From Candidatus Heimdallarchaeota archaeon (lineage in GTDB: Archaea; Asgardarchaeota; Heimdallarchaeia; Heimdallarchaeales; Heimdallarchaeaceae): 64,000 bases of DNA. The position numbers and the translations under genes are program-made. The DNA is taken from contig JAAFKJ010000115.1 in assembly GCA_021399395.1 (NCBI GenBank), positions 28,273-92,272 of the forward strand, in the 5' to 3' direction. Positions 58,161-64,000 of the stretch are shown in pieces. How positions within the stretch are numbered: position 1 is the stretch's first letter; each line of letters opens with the position of its first letter. The notes under the pieces are model-generated. The model saw nothing but the letters and a program-made list of their open reading frames with translations, was not told the DNA's origin and searched no databases.

Positions 58161-60155
58161 TTAATATTCAATTAACTGGAGGCTTTCCAGCATTTCTATG
58201 AAACTTATAAGATTCTTTGGTTGTACTAATCGCCAATTGATCAGCGCTAAATTAAGCAGAATTTCTTTTACACTTCTTGTATTATCTATGAGATTAACTA
58301 TCTCAAAAGTAAAGCCACCATAATTTTCCATCAAAATTTTTGATAATTGTTTAATTTCAGCAATTTTCTCTTCAGTAAGGTTTGTTGTTTCTTGTAGAGA
58401 TTCTGGGTCGTACAAAGTTTGGTAGATAATTGAACTATTGAACGGGCCTTCCCATTTTCGAAGAGGAATCTTGTTTAGTAATTCAGAAATTCCCTGCTCT
58501 AATTGAATAATTTCAGTTTTTTCTCTAAGATTTTGAATCAACTGTTTGAAATTCTGTAAATCATTTTGAATAAAGTTTGTTAGTTCTTCATCTATATCCC
58601 CAAATATTCTCTCAATTTCTTCTATCAATCCTTTTTCATATTTTTCAAAAGTGTTGATTACTTGATTCAATAAGAAGGACTTTAATTCTCTTTCACTATC
58701 ATTTTCAAGTTTATCCAAACAGGTTAATTCATAGGTATACATATCTAGAAACAGACCCTTTCTCTTCTGTAACCCTTTAAGATATATTCTTTGAATTTCT
58801 CTAGAAAAGTCTCTTTTGTAAGAACTTGCTAATATTGTGGCTAAAGCTGTACATCCTACTCTCTTCAAAGTTGTCGGATCAACTTTTTCAATCGTGTCAA
58901 GATTAGTATGGTGGAATATATCTGAATGCCCAAACATAACAGATGGAATTCTTGCAGGTTCATCGTTGAACAATAAGTGATCTGAACCCCCAGCAAATTG
59001 CTTAATGCGAAAATTCCATGGAAACTGCCATCCACCTTGCTCAACAATCTGTGTATTGTCTTTTATCTTATCAATTATTTCAGCAATCAAATCATTTAGA
59101 AATGTGGGTGTTGATATACTGGCCTTGTTAACTGTAAAAGGATAGCCAACTAATGCAGGGTGCTCCCCAACCATGTCAAGGTTGATACATAGAATAGGAG
59201 AAAAAGCATTTGATTTAAAATTCTCTTCTATCCAAGGTATTGTACCATGAAATTCAGGGACCCACAAAAATCTGATTGTTCTTTCTGGGGATTTAATGGT
59301 ATTATTATTCAGCAATGTCTTAATGGTTTTGAAAATCTCCATAAGTAAAGCGCTTCCAGAAGCATTGTCATTTGCTGAAGGAGCAGGATGACAAATGTGA
59401 GCAATTACAATGATCTCCTCCTCTGGCTTTACACTCCCCTCTATTTTTGTGGATAAAACATGCATTTTCCCATTATAGAGATCCGCCTTAATCTTAGCTT
59501 GCACAGTAACTTTTTTCCCCATTTTTATATGATTTATGATTTCTAATGCTTGTTGCCTGGATAAAGAGAAACCAAACGTTGACTTATCTACATTGTCAGC
59601 ATTTGGCCATAATCCAACATATTGGATCATTTCAGAATACCCTTTAGCTCTTTCTTCAGTAGGGTATGCAATAATTCCAATTGCACCATTTTCATATAAT
59701 CTCTCAATCATGGTTCTAGGACTTGCAGAGGTCAGTACTATTTTCCCCTTTACATCTATATTTTGAAAGTCTTCTCTCTTTCCCTCATGAACATGAATCA
59801 CTTCAGCTGTAATATCAATAGATTTTGAGTGGGTACATACACTTTCTGGTACTGCTGAGAAACGACATAAGTTCTTCATTTCAGGTTCTATCAACGTCAA
59901 AGAACCATCTTCTATATCCCAAGAAATTGGAGTATTCCAATCATAGTATCTTTTAGTACCATCAGCTATATATTCATGTATTTGGAAATTAGCATCTCCA
60001 ACACTTTTTAATTCATCTCTCAGTAATTCAATTGTCGTAAGAAATTCGGTGCTTGCTTGAATCCTATGATATTGAGAAAGTAATCCAGTTAGTTTTTTAG
60101 CTCTTTCTCCAGAAAGTTCTCGTGCCGCAATATTAACTAGTTCGTCTAAATGCAT
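58161..60155 (-). CDS. M28-family peptidase with PA domain (DUF4910-like)
   Basis: 'AHICH', 'ANDNASG', 'PEF.G', 'NLDMVG', 'GSDH', 'HHTNLD'. Confidence 0.88.
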   Translation of the reverse strand: MHLDELVNIAARELSGERAKKLTGLLSQYHRIQASTEFLTTIELLRDELKSVGDANFQIHEYIADGTKRYYDWNTPISWDIEDGSLTLIEPEMKNLCRFSAVPESVCTHSKSIDITAEVIHVHEGKREDFQNIDVKGKIVLTSASPRTMIERLYENGAIGIIAYPTEERAKGYSEMIQYVGLWPNADNVDKSTFGFSLSRQQALEIINHIKMGKKVTVQAKIKADLYNGKMHVLSTKIEGSVKPEEEIIVIAHICHPAPSANDNASGSALLMEIFKTIKTLLNNNTIKSPERTIRFLWVPEFHGTIPWIEENFKSNAFSPILCINLDMVGEHPALVGYPFTVNKASISTPTFLNDLIAEIIDKIKDNTQIVEQGGWQFPWNFRIKQFAGGSDHLLFNDEPARIPSVMFGHSDIFHHTNLDTIEKVDPTTLKRVGCTALATILASSYKRDFSREIQRIYLKGLQKRKGLFLDMYTYELTCLDKLENDSERELKSFLLNQVINTFEKYEKGLIEEIERIFGDIDEELTNFIQNDLQNFKQLIQNLREKTEIIQLEQGISELLNKIPLRKWEGPFNSSIIYQTLYDPESLQETTNLTEEKIAEIKQLSKILMENYGGFTFEIVNLIDNTRSVKEILLNLALINWRLVQPKNLISFIEMLESLQLIEY

Positions 60156-60206
60156 GATTTTGAATTTATTTCTTTCAATAAATCTTTTTTGGAAAGGAAA
60201 TCCTTT

Positions 60207-61055
60207 TTACAACTGACATTTCCCACAGTAGAATGTACTTCTTTTTTCTTGAACAATTCTTGTAATTTCTGTACCACATACTTTGCACAATTTTCCCGCT
60301 TTTCCGTATACTTCATGCCATTTCTGCGCTGAACCTTCCTCACCATATGGGTTTCTATAGGTATGAATAGTACTGCCCATACTTTGGACAGCTTTTTGTA
60401 ATATTTCAGAGATGGCTTTCCCTAATACTTCAGTTTCTTTAGATTTAAGACTTTTAACAGTTCTTAGAGGATTTATTTTAGCTCTGAATAATGACTCTGA
60501 CTTGTAAATATTGCCAATTCCAGCTACTATCGTTTGATCTAGAAGTACTCTGCCAATTGCTTTCTTCAAGTTTTTACTTTGTTTTAGTGCTTTCTGGAAG
60601 TCTAAAATTGGAAAAGGTAATTTAAGACCATCCAAACCAAGTCTTCTGATGGGGGAATATCTCATAACCATTTCATAGTTCCCAAATTTTCGAAATTGGC
60701 CGAAGTTTCTAGCATCATCAAATATTGCACTTGTCTGCGAATCCTCGATAACAATTATTACTTTTGCATGCTTAATCTCCAAATTATCTTCACTTTTCGA
60801 AGAGATAATCCATTTTCCTGACATCCCTAGATGATTAAGAATCACTTCATTGTTGTTGAAAATCCAAATTAGAAACTTACCATGTCTTTCTATCTTACTT
60901 AGAATACTCTTTGAAAACCCCGTAAATTCGTCTTGTCTTCCTTTGTACTTGTTGTATTTTTGAGAAATTTCAGTTAAATCTATCGATTTGATTTTTTTAC
61001 CTTCTAATTCCTTCAAAGTCCTTAAGGTATATTCTACCTCGGGGCCTTCTGGCAT
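60207..61055 (-). CDS. mutM: Fpg/Nei-family DNA glycosylase
   Basis: N-term 'MPEGPEV', 'RHGK', 'HLGMSG', 'GIGNIY', C-terminal 4-Cys Zn finger. Confidence 0.93.
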   Translation of the reverse strand: MPEGPEVEYTLRTLKELEGKKIKSIDLTEISQKYNKYKGRQDEFTGFSKSILSKIERHGKFLIWIFNNNEVILNHLGMSGKWIISSKSEDNLEIKHAKVIIVIEDSQTSAIFDDARNFGQFRKFGNYEMVMRYSPIRRLGLDGLKLPFPILDFQKALKQSKNLKKAIGRVLLDQTIVAGIGNIYKSESLFRAKINPLRTVKSLKSKETEVLGKAISEILQKAVQSMGSTIHTYRNPYGEEGSAQKWHEVYGKAGKLCKVCGTEITRIVQEKRSTFYCGKCQL

Positions 61056-61660
61056 TATTTAAGCATCTCCATAATTTCCTCTTCCATTGTCTTTCTATTC
61101 TCTCTTGTTAAGTGGAATACAACTGTATCTAATCTTTCTTTAATCTGTCTTGTATAATTATTGTCTCTTAACATGATTGTGCCTAACACCAGTTTATTAT
61201 CCAGACAATATTCCAGAAATTTCTTGAAGGAGTTTGAAAAAAGCTCCATTTTTCCTATTTCATCAATTACTATAATCTCTGGATTAGATTTCTGAATTTC
61301 CTTTTCCAAATGTTCAATTACTTTATCTATACTTTCTAAATACACACCATAACTAGCAACCCTATATCTACTCGATTGATTGTGTTTTGACGCTAAGGGA
61401 AATTCTAAACCCGAGATAGTTTCTATTTTAAATCCAGTTCGTTTTCCTTTTTCTCTTATTTCATTAGTAACCATACCCATGCAAGTTTTGTTGAGAGTTG
61501 CAACTAAATTATTGATTAGAGTCGTTTTCCCAACTCCAGGATACCCTGTAATTAAGATATTCTGCATTTTATCAACATTCTCAGTTATTTTGATTAATAT
61601 TTGGTTGTTATTGTTCTCTCTCTTGAAAAATCTTATAAATCTGGCTTTTAATGTTCTCAA
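61055..61660 (-). CDS. Nucleoside-triphosphatase (THEP1/NTPase_1)
   Basis: 'ITGYPGVGKTT', 'G.R.GF', 'IDEIGKMEL'. Confidence 0.9.
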   Translation of the reverse strand: MRTLKARFIRFFKRENNNNQILIKITENVDKMQNILITGYPGVGKTTLINNLVATLNKTCMGMVTNEIREKGKRTGFKIETISGLEFPLASKHNQSSRYRVASYGVYLESIDKVIEHLEKEIQKSNPEIIVIDEIGKMELFSNSFKKFLEYCLDNKLVLGTIMLRDNNYTRQIKERLDTVVFHLTRENRKTMEEEIMEMLK

Positions 61661-61700
61661 AAATTAGCGACATTACTTTGATACTCGAGTGTGAGAAAAC

Positions 61701-62444
61701 ATGAGCCAAGATTTTAGAGGCGTTACAATAGATAGACGAATAGACCTTAGAGGTAAATCTATTGTTCGTTATGAGAAACATGGGAGGAGATATGAGTTAC
61801 TGGTTAATCCTCGTCCTGCATGGTTATTTTTACAAGGTGAAGAAGTAGAAATTGATGATATTTTTGAATCATTTGTTGTTTATGAGAATTTATCACGTGG
61901 AGCAAAAGCTACCAATGATGATTTGGTGGTCTCTTTTGAGGATTTAACAGAAAGAGAAATTGCAATTAAGATTTTGAAAGAAGGTCAACTGCAATTAACT
62001 GCAGATCAACGAAACGAGATTTTGAAGGAAAAAAGAATCGAAATAGTTGACTTCATACACATTCATTGTATAAATCCAAGAGAAAATGTACCTATACCTA
62101 AAGATAGAATTGAAAATGCTATTCTCGAATTAGGTGTAAATATAGATTATAAAGAAGAAATTAAAATTCAGGCTTTAGAGATTATTAATTTACTCAAACC
62201 TGTTATGCCAATTCGTCTTGAATCTGTAAAATTGGCACTAAAAATCCCACCAAGTTTTACTGGGTCCCTTTATGGATCAATCCGTTCTGCTGGAGAATTA
62301 ATCCAAGAAGAATGGTTGCCTGACGGGAGTTTAGCTGTTTTAATTCAGATTCCATCTGGTACACAAGCTGATTTCTTAGAGGAAGTAACTTCGCGAACAA
62401 AAGGAAAAGCACAAGTCAAAGTAATAGAAAGACTCGCAGATTAA
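61701..62444 (+). CDS. Ribosome maturation factor SBDS/Sdo1
   Basis: 'RYELLV', 'ILKEGQLQLT..QR', 'INPR...P..RIE.A'. Confidence 0.93.
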   Translation: MSQDFRGVTIDRRIDLRGKSIVRYEKHGRRYELLVNPRPAWLFLQGEEVEIDDIFESFVVYENLSRGAKATNDDLVVSFEDLTEREIAIKILKEGQLQLTADQRNEILKEKRIEIVDFIHIHCINPRENVPIPKDRIENAILELGVNIDYKEEIKIQALEIINLLKPVMPIRLESVKLALKIPPSFTGSLYGSIRSAGELIQEEWLPDGSLAVLIQIPSGTQADFLEEVTSRTKGKAQVKVIERLAD

Positions 62445-62471
62445 ATAAGAAATACAGGCTGTGATATATAT

Positions 62472-63173
62472 ATGTCTGAAGTTAAAATAAAGAATCATGA
62501 AATAGTTATACCAGGTGATTTACTAGCTGAAGGTACTCTTAAATATGGAGATGGGGTTATCAGAAGAGGTAACTTATATTATTCTACCTTAGTAGGATTA
62601 TTCCAAGATAAAGGAGATTTTATCCAAGTTAAAGCACTAAAAGGAAAATACCTTCCCCGACCTGGAGATTTAGTTATAGGAAAAGTTGTAGAAGTTGGAT
62701 TAACAAATTGGATTGTTGATGTTGGCTCACCATACTCGGCAGTTTTAAGTGCCAATAATGCAACTGAAAAAAGATTTGATCCGGTAAAGGATGATACAAG
62801 AAAAATATTTGATATAGGTGATATCATTCTTACAAAGATTATGAGTTTTGACAGAACAAGAGACCCACAAATTCTAACAAATGAAAGAGGATTGGGAAAA
62901 CTTAGAGGTGGTCGCTTAGTTGAGATAGAAGCAGCTCATATACCTCGAGTAATAGGAAAGAAAGGTACTATGATAAATATGGTAAAAAGACTTACCCACA
63001 CTCAAATAATTACAGGTCAAAACGGACGAATCTGGGTACAAGGAAAGAAAGTAGAAGATGAATTGAAAGCAATTGAAACTCTTAAGAAAATAGAACTGGA
63101 AGCCCATACTCAGGGATTAACTGACAGAATAAGAGAGATGCTTTCAAACGGTCAAACAGAAAACGAGGTGTAA
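62472..63173 (+). CDS. rrp4: Exosome RNA-binding subunit Rrp4
   Basis: 'VIPGD', 'YLPRPGDLVIG', 'PRVIGKKG', 'GQNGRIW'. Confidence 0.95.
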   Translation: MSEVKIKNHEIVIPGDLLAEGTLKYGDGVIRRGNLYYSTLVGLFQDKGDFIQVKALKGKYLPRPGDLVIGKVVEVGLTNWIVDVGSPYSAVLSANNATEKRFDPVKDDTRKIFDIGDIILTKIMSFDRTRDPQILTNERGLGKLRGGRLVEIEAAHIPRVIGKKGTMINMVKRLTHTQIITGQNGRIWVQGKKVEDELKAIETLKKIELEAHTQGLTDRIREMLSNGQTENEV

Positions 63174-63177
63174 TATT

Positions 63178-64000
63178 ATGGCAGGAGATGGAACCGTCCA
63201 ACTTATAGATGAAAAAGGTAAAAGACTTGATGGGCGTATAAAAAAAGAATTACGTCCAACAGAAATAAAAATAGGTGTTGTTAAGAACGCCGATGGTTCA
63301 GCAGAAATTCGTATGGGTAAAAACATTATAATTGCTGCAGTTTATGGACCAAGGGAATTGCATCCTAAGCATAGGGCTCTACCAAATAGAGCATTGATTC
63401 AATGCTTCTACAGGATGTCAACTTTTTCTGTAAATGATAGAAAAAGTCCCGCTCCCTCAAGAAGAGAAAAGGAAATTTCAATGATTATATCTGATGCACT
63501 CACATCAGTAGTGCTAACAGAAAAATATCCGAGAACAACTATTGATGTATATCTTCAAGTACTTCAAGCTGATGGAGGAACACGATGCGCAAGTTTGATA
63601 GCAGCATCAGTTGCTCTAGCCGATGCAGGTGTGCCAATGAGAGGTATAATATCTTCCGTCGCATCTGGTCTAATAAACGATACAGCAGTACTTGATCTAT
63701 GTGACATAGAAGATCAAAAGGGTTCGGGAGATATGCCTCTGGGTTATTGTCCTACATTAGATGAAGTTTCTCTAATTCAATTAGATGGTGTATTTACATT
63801 AGATCAATTTGATGAATGTTTAGACTTATCAGTTGAAGGTTCAAAGAAACTCTACGAAATGCAAACAAATGCATTAAAACAAAAATATGCGGATATTCGT
63901 GCAGAAGTAGTGGTTGATGAGGAACCTAAGAAAGAGGAACCTAAGAAAGAGGAACCTAAGAAAGAGGAACCTAAGAAAGAGGAACCTAAGAAAGAGGAAC
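63178..64000 (+). CDS. rrp41: Exosome subunit Rrp41 (runs off the window end in an EEPKK repeat)
   Basis: Manual translation 'RLDGR..ELRP', 'ADGSA', 'YGPRE', 'SRRE.EIS', 'QADGGTR', 'DMP'. Confidence 0.95.
   Translation, partial: MAGDGTVQLIDEKGKRLDGRIKKELRPTEIKIGVVKNADGSAEIRMGKNIIIAAVYGPRELHPKHRALPNRALIQCFYRMSTFSVNDRKSPAPSRREKEISMIISDALTSVVLTEKYPRTTIDVYLQVLQADGGTRCASLIAASVALADAGVPMRGIISSVASGLINDTAVLDLCDIEDQKGSGDMPLGYCPTLDEVSLIQLDGVFTLDQFDECLDLSVEGSKKLYEMQTNALKQKYADIRAEVVVDEEPKKEEPKKEEPKKEEPKKEEPKKEE
63919..64000 (+). repeat. Perfect 15-bp tandem repeat GAGGAACCTAAGAAA (5 full copies + partial) encoding EEPKK
   Basis: Read directly; in frame with Rrp41. Confidence 0.95.

Noticed and set aside
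63919-64000. CRISPR array
   Set aside because: 15-bp head-to-tail repeats with no spacers, lying inside a coding frame.

Overview
AT-rich, gene-dense archaeal chromosome segment, most likely from an Asgard archaeon (Heimdallarchaeia-like). It combines archaeal informational genes (aIF2-gamma, Rpo7/Spt4, eS24, eS31, eS1, uS15, eS6, eL15, TFB, Rpp30/Pop5, IleRS, ABCE1, SBDS, Rrp4/Rrp41) with eukaryotic-signature proteins (Rab-like GTPase, Roadblock, UEV-Vps23, WD40). No mobile element, CRISPR array, tRNA or rRNA was seen. The most striking unexplained signal is a ~330-nt, GC-enriched, multi-helix RNA (39651-39978) directly behind the RNase P protein genes. It lacks RNase P and SRP hallmarks, and from memory its motifs resemble the 5' core of bacterial OLE RNA, so it may be a half-size archaeal OLE-like RNA. 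Other highlights: two unannotated K-turn/box C/D sRNAs (one predicted to guide 23S Gm2251), structured leaders before eL15 and ileS, an operon combining an ATP-citrate-lyase-like pair with two LeuCD-type hydro-lyases and an isocitrate/isopropylmalate dehydrogenase, and several apparently inactivated enzymes. All calls are by eye, with no database searches.
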